Below are positions 9,516-18,495 of a stretch of DNA of 54,347 nucleotides, one piece after another. The notes beneath the pieces are model-generated. The model worked only from the letters and a program-made list of their open reading frames with translations, was not told the DNA's origin and did not search any database. The first letter of the stretch is position 1. The number at the start of each line of letters is the position of its first letter. The stretch lies in sequence record DRR723986_10554, one strand, 5' to 3'. Position numbers and translations under genes: made by a program.

Positions 9516-11011
9516 TACCGAGCCCCTTCCAGCAAGTAGATCTCAATCCGCCTGTTGGAGGCAGCTAGAGGATCGGACGGAACTTTCAGATCCTTATCGG
9601 CATAGCCTTCGACCCGGTTGAACCTGTCCTTGCCGACACCTCCGCGAGTGAGCATGTAGAGAGCCATGTGAGCGCGTGCCGACGACAAGCGCCAGTTGTC
9701 ATAGGTCTTGCTTTTGAAAGGGCGCGCGTCCGTATGACCCTTGATGACAATCTGTCCCGGAGTTTCGGCAACCACCTTGCCAATTTGTTCAAGCAGTTTG
9801 ACGAGTTCCGGGCGCGGCTCGGCAGACCCGATGGCGAACATACCGAAGTTCTGGTCGTCGGTAAGGCTGATCAAGGCTCCCTCACCTTCTCTCGTCACCG
9901 TAATCTGACTGGCGGTTTCCTCAAGAGCTGTCCCTTCAGTCTGGGCAAGGACTTCCGAAAGACGGGCGACCAGTACCTCGGCGCTGCTTTCCGTGAAGTC
10001 TTCTTCGTAGGTGCCCTCACCGTCTCCGGTACCAATGACCGTTTCTGTCTGGACTTCAGCGATCACCTCGGTTGAAGACGCCTCAAGCGACTTGCCAAGT
10101 ACATGAGCGACGACCTGATCCGTCGTATCCCCGTTGTCGGGAAGTGCGCCGTTGCCGACAAACTCAAAGGACGTCGTTCCGGATTGTTCCGCCATGTAGT
10201 CACCGTTGCTCGGCCCATTTCCAGGGGCAGCGTTTCCGTTTTGCCGGCTAACGCCGGTCTCAGGTTGCGTGCCATCTTCAAACGGCGCAGCAAAGGCGAA
10301 TTCGCCGGCCGGAGCCTGGGTAGAAGGCGCGGTACCATCGCCCGGCAAACTTACGTCAGGAGCTGCCTCGGCACTGGCGACACCTCGGCCAGGACGGAAC
10401 TGCCAGAACATCGGATCAAAGGGATCCCGATAGGCCTGCCCACCCTGAACGCCTTCGTTCTTCTGAAGGCCTGTACCGATACCCTTTGGGTTGTCCTCCC
10501 GCACATCAGCGACACGGATTTTCTGCGAAAGGGTGTCGAGTACGGCATAGGGGTCCGTGAAAAGGATCGATTCCGAATGGGTCTGGGTAAACTGCCCAGA
10601 GGCCGGCGCCCCACCCATCTCCGGTGTCTCGACCACCTCCTCCAGCCTGTGTCCCTTGTCCAGGCCATCACCGAAGTTCTCATCCTGATCGACCGGTGCA
10701 TCAGACCCACCCAATTTGCCGGTGAAAAGCTTGGTGCCGGCTTCGTTGGTATCGCCATTGATCTCCGGATCGTTCAGGCCCTTGCGGTTCGGAGCCGTGG
10801 AGGCAAGTTTGACCGGGTTGAAATACTGCGCAACGCCGCGACGCACGCTGTCGTCGGTCACGTTGATCAGCCACATGACCAGAAAAAAGGCCATCAATGC
10901 GGTCATGAAATCCGCGTAGGCAATCTTCCAGACGCCATGTGGCAGCTGATCGTCTTCCCAGCTGTTCTTGCGCCGGACAATTACGATTTCATTCGGGACG
11001 CCGTCCAACAT
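9515..11011 (-). CDS. motB: Stator protein MotB
   Basis: WKIAYADFMTALMAFF plug/TM segment; C-terminal OmpA-like domain (GHTD, NWRLSSARA, NRRIEI). Confidence 0.96.
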   Translation of the reverse strand: MLDGVPNEIVIVRRKNSWEDDQLPHGVWKIAYADFMTALMAFFLVMWLINVTDDSVRRGVAQYFNPVKLASTAPNRKGLNDPEINGDTNEAGTKLFTGKLGGSDAPVDQDENFGDGLDKGHRLEEVVETPEMGGAPASGQFTQTHSESILFTDPYAVLDTLSQKIRVADVREDNPKGIGTGLQKNEGVQGGQAYRDPFDPMFWQFRPGRGVASAEAAPDVSLPGDGTAPSTQAPAGEFAFAAPFEDGTQPETGVSRQNGNAAPGNGPSNGDYMAEQSGTTSFEFVGNGALPDNGDTTDQVVAHVLGKSLEASSTEVIAEVQTETVIGTGDGEGTYEEDFTESSAEVLVARLSEVLAQTEGTALEETASQITVTREGEGALISLTDDQNFGMFAIGSAEPRPELVKLLEQIGKVVAETPGQIVIKGHTDARPFKSKTYDNWRLSSARAHMALYMLTRGGVGKDRFNRVEGYADKDLKVPSDPLAASNRRIEIYLLEGAR

Positions 11012-11649
11012 CAGTCTGCCTCCCCTTTCAAGGCTTCAAGCTGGCCGAGCCATTGTCCGAGCCGTGTTTCAATGGTTGTCTCGTCAAGCAGAGCCACCAG
11101 TTCGACCTGATCAGCATGCTGAACGTCGATCCGGTCTCTCAAGGCCGGCAACTGCTCCAGCACTCGGCTGACCAGAGTTTCCGGTCCGCGCAGCCTGATC
11201 ATTTTGCCCTCTGTTTCCTCGGTCAGTTGCCGAAGATTGCCGGCAAAGGCATCGACCAGCTGGTCGACGATCTGCTCTGTCAGGAAAGGTTGAAGAAGCT
11301 TGGAAAGCGAATAGGAGATCCGCTGCTCCATCACATTGAGGAAGCCTTCGATGGAGGCGCTGACGTTGGCCGATTCACGCATGTCGAACCGGTCACGCTC
11401 GTCTTTGAGCTGCCTTGCGTGCTCCTCGCGCTCCTGTTCCAGGATGGCCTGAAAATGAACCATCGTACGGTCACTGCCTTCCGCCAGGCCGCGCTCGTAT
11501 TCGGCCTGGAGCTGTTCTTCCAGGCTGGGTTCGGGCACAGCTTCCTCGCAAGGCTCCAGAACGTCCACGAGAGCGGGGTCGAATGCACCGAAGGACTTAA
11601 ATCTGGAGGCGGACAGGACGGGAATATGGGAAGCGATTGAGGTGGTCAT
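11011..11649 (-). CDS. Conserved flagellar protein, FliH-like
   Basis: EYERGLAEG motif and coiled-coil; one-base stop/start overlaps with fliF and motB. Confidence 0.6.
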   Translation of the reverse strand: MTTSIASHIPVLSASRFKSFGAFDPALVDVLEPCEEAVPEPSLEEQLQAEYERGLAEGSDRTMVHFQAILEQEREEHARQLKDERDRFDMRESANVSASIEGFLNVMEQRISYSLSKLLQPFLTEQIVDQLVDAFAGNLRQLTEETEGKMIRLRGPETLVSRVLEQLPALRDRIDVQHADQVELVALLDETTIETRLGQWLGQLEALKGEAD

Positions 11650-13295
11650 TAGATGCGCTCCGATTCATAGAGCCACTGACGCAGGATCGCGGCAGACTGT
11701 TCCTCGTTGAACTCCAGCAAGGATTCCAGCTTCCGGAGCGCGGACTTGTTGCGCCGGCTGTTGAGGTCCTGCAGCATGTCGGAATGATCCGGCGGCATCA
11801 GGAAGGTCTGATCCCCGTCGACTGCTTCTGCAGTCCCTTCCGCAGCTTCCGGCAGCATTCCGAGTTCGGCCATTTCGACCTGCGGCTTGGCCATTTGCGG
11901 CACCAAGGCAGCCACGGCAGGCCGCAGACCGAACCAAATCACCAGCATCGACACGGTCAGGATTGCGAGCGCATTGATGATGTTGCCGGACTGGCGCATC
12001 AGATACTCGGTGATGCTGATCGGCGGGATCGGCTCCATGGCCCGGCCGCCGTCAATGAAGTCGACGACAGCAACCTTGACCAGGTCTCCCCGTTCTTTTT
12101 CAATCCCCGCAGAAGAGGCAACCAGAGCTTCGATTTCCGTCAGCTGTTCATCCAGTTGAGCCTGGGTCGGTTCGCCGCCAAGAGACTGTGCAAGACGGGA
12201 CTTATCAACCAGAACCGCAATGGACAGACGGTCGACACGATAGCCATCCTGAGACGTCTCGATGCGTTTGGAGGAGATCTCGTAATTGACGGTTTCCTCG
12301 CGCCGCTCGTTTTCTTCGCTGGAACGCTCACCGTTGTCCGCGGATACATCCTCTTCAGGAAGGTTCTGCTCGACCGTTGTCGGTGCCGAGACGCTGGAAT
12401 TCTGAGCGTTCTCGTTTTCGCGAATGGTCCGGATGGATCGCTCGGTCCGCGAGTCCGGATCGAAAATCGTCTCGGCAATCGTCTTGCGGTCCGTGTTCAG
12501 TTCCGCGGCGACACTGACCTCGAAGTTGTCCAGGCCAAGATATGGCGTCAGGGTCTTGCGAATGTTTTCCTGGATCCGGCTGCTGACAGCCGTCTCAAGG
12601 CTGGCAAGCTGGCCTGCGGAGGCCTTGGTCGGATCCTGGCCGGCCGCCAGGATACCACCGGACGTGTCGAGCACTGTAACCTTGTCGGCTTGCATGCCCG
12701 GAACACCGGCAGCAACCAGGTGGCGGATGGCATCGGCGGTTCGCACATCGTCTGGCACATCGGAACGGATGACGACAGATGCCGACGGCGGCTGCTGATC
12801 GCGCCTGAAAGATCCTTTCTCTGGCAACACGATATGAACGCGCGCTGCCCGGATCCCCTTCATGAGCTGGATGGTTCGGGCAAGCTCACCTTCAAGCGCT
12901 CGCACCCGTGTCACTTCCTGCATGAAGGAGGTCAACCCAAGCGACCCCAACTCGTCGAAGAGCTCGTAGCCGGAGTTGGCTCCACGCGGGAGCCCCTTTT
13001 CGGCCAGAAGCATGCGCGCCTTGGCTGTCTGCGCATGGCTCACCATGACGGCGGAGCCTTCCGAATTGATGTCGAAAGGAATGCCGGCGTCCCGCAGTGC
13101 GGAACCGATGCGGGTGACGTCTTCACCATCGAGACCCGTATAGAGGACGGTCTGTTCCGGTCGGCTCAAGTAATATGCTCCCGCGCCGACGGTTGCGATT
13201 GTAGCGAGCCCGATCAAGGCGAGCGCTATAAGTCTGCGCACTCCCAGTTCCATCAGGTTTGCCCATAGTTTTTCGGCGTGTTCACGGCCCGGCAT
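11649..13295 (-). CDS. fliF: MS-ring protein FliF
   Basis: GYELFD...GLTSF...RALEGELARTI...ARVHIVLP...PSASV; two TM segments. Start at MPGREH after GAAGGGG (alternative start 13310). Confidence 0.97.
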   Translation of the reverse strand: MPGREHAEKLWANLMELGVRRLIALALIGLATIATVGAGAYYLSRPEQTVLYTGLDGEDVTRIGSALRDAGIPFDINSEGSAVMVSHAQTAKARMLLAEKGLPRGANSGYELFDELGSLGLTSFMQEVTRVRALEGELARTIQLMKGIRAARVHIVLPEKGSFRRDQQPPSASVVIRSDVPDDVRTADAIRHLVAAGVPGMQADKVTVLDTSGGILAAGQDPTKASAGQLASLETAVSSRIQENIRKTLTPYLGLDNFEVSVAAELNTDRKTIAETIFDPDSRTERSIRTIRENENAQNSSVSAPTTVEQNLPEEDVSADNGERSSEENERREETVNYEISSKRIETSQDGYRVDRLSIAVLVDKSRLAQSLGGEPTQAQLDEQLTEIEALVASSAGIEKERGDLVKVAVVDFIDGGRAMEPIPPISITEYLMRQSGNIINALAILTVSMLVIWFGLRPAVAALVPQMAKPQVEMAELGMLPEAAEGTAEAVDGDQTFLMPPDHSDMLQDLNSRRNKSALRKLESLLEFNEEQSAAILRQWLYESERI

Positions 13296-13349
13296 GCATA
13301 ACCCCTTCATGCACGTAACGTTCTGTTTGACCCACTATCGGAACTGGAC

Positions 13350-13362
13350 CTTGCGCGAGCCT
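13350..13362 (-). promoter_or_regulatory. Conserved flagellar promoter box upstream of fliF
   Basis: CTTGCGCGAGCCT, 55 nt from the ATG at 13295. Confidence 0.68.
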
Positions 13363-13396
13363 GTCACCCGGGTCTGAAGACGGAAATTCTGAACAC

Positions 13397-13424
13397 AAAA
13401 AAACCGCGCCCCGAAGGGCGCGGT
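13397..13424 (-). terminator. Intrinsic terminator after flagellin
   Basis: ACCGCGCCC-CGAA-GGGCGCGGT (UUCG loop on the minus strand) plus a 7-U tract. Confidence 0.9.
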
Positions 13425-13462
13425 CCTCTTGCCTGGAAATCCGGTCAGATAAACTGGTTGGA

Positions 13463-14365
13463 TTAACGGAACAGGGACAGAATGTTCTGCGAACCCTGGT
13501 TGGCGATCGACAGAGCCTGGATACCGAGCTGCTGCTGAGTCTGCAGAGCCTGGAGGCGGGTCGATTCTTTGTTCATGTCAGCATCCACGAGCTGGCCGAC
13601 ACCACGGTCGATCGAGTCGATCAGAGCGGACACGAAGTCCTTCTGCAGATCAACGCGCTTCTTGGTGGAACCGAGCAGGGTTGCGGAGTCTGTGATGAGG
13701 CCCAGAGCTTCGTCGACATCCGAGATCATGCCTTCCAGAGTGGTCAGGTCGGCAGCGCTGTCCGTCAGAGCGGAGATGTCGATGGTGTCGACAACGTTAC
13801 CGTTCGTCAGAGCACGATCGAGGATACCGGTACCACCACCAGTGGTGTCATAGAGCTGGGTAGCGGTGATATCAACCGTGGTCGTCAGAACGGAAACCGC
13901 ACCACCGACGCGGGTGAAGGAGCTGACGATTTCTTTCGACGTAACGGTGGTCACGTCGGAAGACAGCCAGTTTTCACCGTTGAAAACAGCGGATTCGGCA
14001 GTCGACTTGAGCTGGTTCTGCAGTTCGTTGATGTCGGACTGGATCTTGCCGCGGTCGACACCCGGAGTACGGGCAGCAACAAGCTTGGCTTTGATTTCGT
14101 TCATGACATCAACAGTGCTGTCCATAGCAGTGTACATGACGTCGACGGTCGCAGCACCCAGACCCAGAGAGTCTTCAACGGCGCTAAGAGCCATGTTGTC
14201 AGAACGCATGGTGGTTGCGATGGACCAGTAGGCAGCGTTGTCTTCCGCGCCGGCAACGCGATAACCGGTGGAGATGCGGTTCTGCGTCTCTGCCAGGTTG
14301 GCGCTGGTGTTCCGCAGAGTCTGCAGAGCGGTCATTGCGGAAGCGTTCGTCATCAAGCTAGACAT
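13463..14365 (-). CDS. fliC: Flagellin (300 aa)
   Basis: MSSLMTNASAMTALQTL...ISTGYRV...DNAAYWSIA N-terminus; LVDADM...QQLGIQALSIAN...ILSLFR C-terminus. Confidence 0.97.
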   Translation of the reverse strand: MSSLMTNASAMTALQTLRNTSANLAETQNRISTGYRVAGAEDNAAYWSIATTMRSDNMALSAVEDSLGLGAATVDVMYTAMDSTVDVMNEIKAKLVAARTPGVDRGKIQSDINELQNQLKSTAESAVFNGENWLSSDVTTVTSKEIVSSFTRVGGAVSVLTTTVDITATQLYDTTGGGTGILDRALTNGNVVDTIDISALTDSAADLTTLEGMISDVDEALGLITDSATLLGSTKKRVDLQKDFVSALIDSIDRGVGQLVDADMNKESTRLQALQTQQQLGIQALSIANQGSQNILSLFR

Positions 14366-14489
14366 GATATGTCCCTTCAATGTGTCAGTGTGTACTGGAT
14401 TGGATTGGGACATGCCGGGTTTGCACCGGCACAGCAGGAGCAGCGTCATGCTTTTGAACCGTGGGTAGTTTGGGGTTCAACCTGCTGTG
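14366..14489 (-). promoter_or_regulatory. Structured 5' leader of flagellin mRNA (candidate cis-regulatory RNA)
   Basis: Five nested or adjacent inverted repeats, including ATGTCCC/GGGACAT, which overlaps the RBS. Confidence 0.65.
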
Positions 14490-14511
14490 AAAATGACCCT
14501 AGCGGCTCAAT

Positions 14512-14524
14512 CTTGCGTGAAGCT
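14512..14524 (-). promoter_or_regulatory. Conserved flagellar promoter box upstream of flagellin
   Basis: CTTGCGTGAAGCT; the sense strand reads CGTAAG-CTTCA-CGCAAG, an 11-bp tandem repeat. Confidence 0.7.
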
Positions 14525-14619
14525 TACGTCGATACGGGCAATTTGATCTTTTTCAAATTTCACCGAGGCGCAACGTTCAATTGGGAGATATAATCGCTCG
14601 CGATCATATCGCTGAAAAC

Positions 14620-14645
14620 AAAAAAGCGGAGCCTTTCGGCCCCGC
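14620..14645 (-). terminator. Intrinsic terminator after fliP
   Basis: GCGGAGCC-TTTC-GGCCCCGC hairpin (GAAA loop on the minus strand) with a 6-U tract. Confidence 0.8.
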
Positions 14646-14672
14646 CCTTTTGCGCCCCGACGCCCCCGTCGG

Positions 14673-15416
14673 TTACAAGAATGATCGCACAAGACTACCG
14701 ACCAATAGGTTCCATCCGTCGATCAAAACAAAGAACAAGGCCTTGAAAGGCAACGATATCACCGTTGGCGGCAACATCATCATACCCATGGACATGGTGA
14801 TCGTTGCGACGATCATATCGATCACGAGAAAAGGCAATGCGATCAAAAATCCGATTTCGAAACCCCGGCGCAATTCGGAAATCATGAAAGCCGGTATCAA
14901 GACGCGCAGTTCAACTTCCTCTGCAGAGGCCGCTTCGTTTTCTGTCACGCGGCCGGCCGCAAGGTCATCAAAGAGCACGAGATCTTCTTCGCGTACCTGG
15001 CTGAGCATGAAGTCCCGGAAGGGAGTTGTGATCCGCACGTAGGCCTCTTCCTCGGAGATTTCGTTGTTCATCAGAGGTTGAACACCCTGCTCCCAGGCTT
15101 TGTCGAAGGTTGGAGCCATAACATAAAAAGTCATGAAGAGGGCCAGCGAAATGAGGATCAGGTTACCCGGTGTTGTTTGAAGACCGATACCGGACCTCAG
15201 GAACGAGAAAGCGATCACGAAACGGGTGAAGCTCGTCACCATGATGAGGATGCCCGGAGCCAGAGAAAGCACAGTCAAGAGTGCAATCATCTGGATAATA
15301 CGGCCGCTGGCACTACCCTCTCCTGCAGGTAGCAAAGCAGAAAGATCCGGCACCTGGGCAGCAGCAGCACCCGTCATCGCGACCAGTACAAGGCCGGCAA
15401 CTAGAAGACGGCTCAT
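14673..15416 (-). CDS. fliP: Flagellar export protein FliP
   Basis: TSFTRF, PAFMISEL..GFEIGF...LPFLVID and MGMMMLPP...LPFK...DGW motifs. Confidence 0.98.
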   Translation of the reverse strand: MSRLLVAGLVLVAMTGAAAAQVPDLSALLPAGEGSASGRIIQMIALLTVLSLAPGILIMVTSFTRFVIAFSFLRSGIGLQTTPGNLILISLALFMTFYVMAPTFDKAWEQGVQPLMNNEISEEEAYVRITTPFRDFMLSQVREEDLVLFDDLAAGRVTENEAASAEEVELRVLIPAFMISELRRGFEIGFLIALPFLVIDMIVATITMSMGMMMLPPTVISLPFKALFFVLIDGWNLLVGSLVRSFL

Positions 15417-15913
15417 TGAATAACCACCGATTCCAGAATGACTTCGTTCACCTGACCTCTGGTGCGTGTCTGAGCGCGCTCGGTGAGATCTTCGCGAAGA
15501 TGCTGCAAACCGATCCCCCCCTCCAGATGAGAGAGCGTAAGCGTGCGCATGTAGCCGAGAAAATCGTCCTCGACCTTTTTCTTAAGCACACCAACATCAC
15601 CGTCCGGATCGTCTTCCAGAAGAATTGAAGCCTGCAACCTGATCCAGGCATCTTGCGGCGACGCCAGATTTGTCACGAGCGGTTCAAGCGTCTGCAAGCG
15701 TGTCGAAGGCGAAAACGGCAACGTTTCGGTGAAGCTCTGTTGCTGGCGAAGCCGGCCATGAACTTCCTCTTCGGTGTAGTCAGCAACATATTTTGCAAGG
15801 CCCGCTCCAGCGCCACCGCCAATCAGCGTCAGGAGCACCAACGCCGCGACGAAACCGGAGCTGCGCTGATTTTCCTGCGCACCCTCAAAAGGAACTTCGA
15901 TGATATTAGGCAT
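15413..15913 (-). CDS. fliL: Basal-body associated protein FliL
   Basis: N-terminal TM with GGGAG; PLVTNLA and GLQHLREDL.ERA motifs; lies between flgH and fliP. Confidence 0.9.
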   Translation of the reverse strand: MPNIIEVPFEGAQENQRSSGFVAALVLLTLIGGGAGAGLAKYVADYTEEEVHGRLRQQQSFTETLPFSPSTRLQTLEPLVTNLASPQDAWIRLQASILLEDDPDGDVGVLKKKVEDDFLGYMRTLTLSHLEGGIGLQHLREDLTERAQTRTRGQVNEVILESVVIQ

Positions 15914-15943
15914 TTGGGTCTTTCCGGTACTTTCAGGAAGGGC

Positions 15944-16648
15944 TCAGAAGGGCGTCACGATGTCGTAAATCTGCTGCCCCCAGGCCGGTTGCTGAACCTC
16001 GGTGATCCTGCCGCGGCCACCATAGGAGACCCGCGCTTCGGCAATCTTGTCGTAAGGAATGGTGTTGTTGGCCTGAATGTCCCGCGGACGCACGATTCCG
16101 GCGATTTGCAGGATGCGCATCTCGAAGTTGACGCGCATTTCCTGCGAGCCGGAGATCACCAGGTTGCCGTTCGGCAGGCGGTCCGTGACCACGGCCGCAA
16201 CGGACAGCTGGATTTCTTCCGACCGATCGATGGAGCCGGAACCCGCGGAACCGGAGCCGGAATCAACGCCAAGATTGCCGCTGCCACCATGCCCGATGCC
16301 ATCCCAGTCGTAATCCATGGTGCCACCCCAGCCGATATCGGAAGTGCGGCGGCGATCCGAACTGTTGTCCATGTTCGCGCGGTCATTGATCTGGATGGTC
16401 ACGGTCAGCACATCACCGACTTTCTTTGCACGCGGGTCTGCAAAGAAATTGTCGCGACCGCTGGCCCACAAGGAGTTGTAGTCCTTGACCGTGCCCTGCC
16501 CGAAAGTACTCAGCGGATAAGCTGCCGGCTGTTGAACGGCAAGGCCGTACCCGACCGGAGACATCTCCGGTGCGCGACCAACGTCTTCCAGCTGCCCGGC
16601 ACAGCCGGTCAGCATCGCAGCTCCTAGGGAGATCACAAAAGCGCGCAT
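15944..16648 (-). CDS. flgH: L-ring lipoprotein FlgH
   Basis: Lipobox LTGC; DPRA..VGDVLTV, LPNGNLVISG and IAEARVSYGGRG. Start at MRAFVIS. Confidence 0.97.
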   Translation of the reverse strand: MRAFVISLGAAMLTGCAGQLEDVGRAPEMSPVGYGLAVQQPAAYPLSTFGQGTVKDYNSLWASGRDNFFADPRAKKVGDVLTVTIQINDRANMDNSSDRRRTSDIGWGGTMDYDWDGIGHGGSGNLGVDSGSGSAGSGSIDRSEEIQLSVAAVVTDRLPNGNLVISGSQEMRVNFEMRILQIAGIVRPRDIQANNTIPYDKIAEARVSYGGRGRITEVQQPAWGQQIYDIVTPF

Positions 16649-17190
16649 CAGAAACTCCGTTGTATTTCGGGATGGGTCAGGCCCATCATCGATTGGGTCA
16701 GCTGGGCAGCACGGGAAGGCTCCATCTCGTCGAGAATGCTGCTGGCAACACGGGCCTTCAGTTTCAGGAGAACGCCAACAGCGGCTTCCTCGTCGGTCGT
16801 CTGCAGCTGCGCCGCAGCTGCTTCCGGACGCATGCGCCCGATGATTGAGACGACCTGATCCTCGACTTCGTTGAGAAGGTCTTCGCGCCGCTCGACCCAT
16901 TTTTCGAATTCGCGCTCTTTGCGCTGCAATTCTTCAATCCTGTCCCGGAGACTTGCCTCCAGGCTGATCAGTTTCCAGGTCTGCCACTTGATGCGCGCAT
17001 CCGAAGCCGCTTCGGCGATGTTCTTGCAATAGAGCTCGCTGTCCTGTGGCGGTACGGGCGCAATCGCGCTTTCGCGTGCCTGGGGCTTCTGGCGCGGCGC
17101 CTGGGCAATGGCCTGGCCGCCGAATGTGAGCGAAACTGCCGCAAGCACCAGAAGCGTGAATGTGCGGCCGCGGTCCAAATGTCGTGGCAT
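16648..17190 (-). CDS. motE: Periplasmic chaperone MotE
   Basis: Signal peptide; YC.NIA..A.DAR, coiled coil, MRPEAAA.QL...ILDEM; lies between flgI and flgH. Confidence 0.88.
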   Translation of the reverse strand: MPRHLDRGRTFTLLVLAAVSLTFGGQAIAQAPRQKPQARESAIAPVPPQDSELYCKNIAEAASDARIKWQTWKLISLEASLRDRIEELQRKEREFEKWVERREDLLNEVEDQVVSIIGRMRPEAAAAQLQTTDEEAAVGVLLKLKARVASSILDEMEPSRAAQLTQSMMGLTHPEIQRSF

Positions 17191-17240
17191 AAGGCCTTCC
17201 CTTGTGCAGAACCTCTTTGACCGCACAATCGGAGATCGAG

Positions 17241-17253
17241 CTTGCGTGAGGCT
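17241..17253 (-). promoter_or_regulatory. Conserved flagellar promoter box upstream of motE
   Basis: CTTGCGTGAGGCT, 51 nt from the motE ATG. Confidence 0.72.
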
Positions 17254-17258
17254 GTCGC

Positions 17259-17289
17259 AAAAAAAACGCCGCTTCAAAAAGCGGCGTTT
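17259..17289 (-). terminator. Intrinsic terminator between flgI and motE
   Basis: AAACGCCGCTT-CAAA-AAGCGGCGTTT with an 8-U tract on the minus strand. Confidence 0.88.
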
Positions 17290-17384
17290 CAGAATTGCTC
17301 TCATGAAGGAGACGTCATCCCGCCCTTCAGGGGTTCAGACCACATGAGTGCTGGTTTCCCTGTCGGAATAGGAGCAGGTCTGAC

Positions 17385-18491
17385 TTATTGCACCACGAGT
17401 TCCGCCTGCAGCGCGCCGGCTGTCTTGATCGCCTGAAGGATGGCGATGATACCGGTTGGTCGCAGACCGATCCGGTTGAGACCCCGCACCAGTGTGGGCA
17501 GGTCCGTTCCGCCGACAACAGCCAGTTGACCACCGCTTTCCTGAGCATCGACATATGTTCGTGGCACGACCACTGTCTGGCCATTCAGCGAAAACGGCGA
17601 CGGCTGCGAAACCTCGGGTGCTTCCGATATACGAACCGTCAGATTGCCATGGGTAATCGCAACGGTCGAAATCTGCACATCCTTGCCTATGACCACAGTC
17701 CCTGTTCGCTCATCGATCACGACCTTCGCAATCTGGTCAGGCGTCACCCGAATAGCCTCGATTTCCGCAATGAACCGCGTGACACTGATGTTTTGCGGAG
17801 GCGTGAGTACCACGGTGCGATAGTCGCGCTCCTTGGCCACCTTGATGCCGTATCGTTCCCTGGTGAACTGGTTGATCGCATCGGCGATACGCACTGCGGT
17901 GCGGAAATCCGGGTTGGAAAGTTCGAGAACCAGGTTGGGTATTTGCGAAAATTTAGCCGGCAAATCTCTTTCGATGAGACCACCGTTTGGAACCCGACCC
18001 ACGGTCGGTATCCCCTGGGTCAGGCTTTCCGCCTGGCCCAGCTCCGAGAAACCGGATACTGCAACGGGGCCCTGCGCAACCGCGTAGATTTGCCCGTCAG
18101 CTCCCAGCAAAGGAGTAGCGATGAGGGTACCCCCGGCAAGTGATGTCGCATCGCCAAGCGAGGACACACTTACGTCGATCGTCGATCCCTGACCGATAAA
18201 AGACGGCATTTCGGCGGTCACGACAACGGCCGCCACGTTACGCGTCCGCAGCCGCGCATCGCGTACGTTCACCCCCAGACTGTCGAGCATCGATTGCAGC
18301 GATTGCTCCGTGAATGGGGAATTGCGTAACGTGTCGCCGGATCCTTTCAGACCGATAACGAGGCCATAGCCGACAAGCTGGTTGTCGCGCACCCCTTGCA
18401 GACTGGCGATGTCCTTGATCCGCACCATGGACATTGCCGACACCGGCAAGGCCAACAGTGCAGCCAGAACAAAAACGAGTAACCGGGTCAT
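17385..18491 (-). CDS. flgI: P-ring protein FlgI
   Basis: RIKDI...GVRDNQLVGYGLVIGL.GSGD and ILQAIK.AGALQAEL motifs. Start at the signal peptide MTRLLVF. Confidence 0.98.
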   Translation of the reverse strand: MTRLLVFVLAALLALPVSAMSMVRIKDIASLQGVRDNQLVGYGLVIGLKGSGDTLRNSPFTEQSLQSMLDSLGVNVRDARLRTRNVAAVVVTAEMPSFIGQGSTIDVSVSSLGDATSLAGGTLIATPLLGADGQIYAVAQGPVAVSGFSELGQAESLTQGIPTVGRVPNGGLIERDLPAKFSQIPNLVLELSNPDFRTAVRIADAINQFTRERYGIKVAKERDYRTVVLTPPQNISVTRFIAEIEAIRVTPDQIAKVVIDERTGTVVIGKDVQISTVAITHGNLTVRISEAPEVSQPSPFSLNGQTVVVPRTYVDAQESGGQLAVVGGTDLPTLVRGLNRIGLRPTGIIAILQAIKTAGALQAELVVQ

Positions 18492-18495
18492 AAAA

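Noticed and set aside
11637..13268. 543-aa ORF antisense to fliF, and similar shadow ORFs opposite flgK, motB, gltX, gltA, lpxA/fabZ and uppS
   Set aside because: Same antisense artefact; the sense genes are unambiguous.
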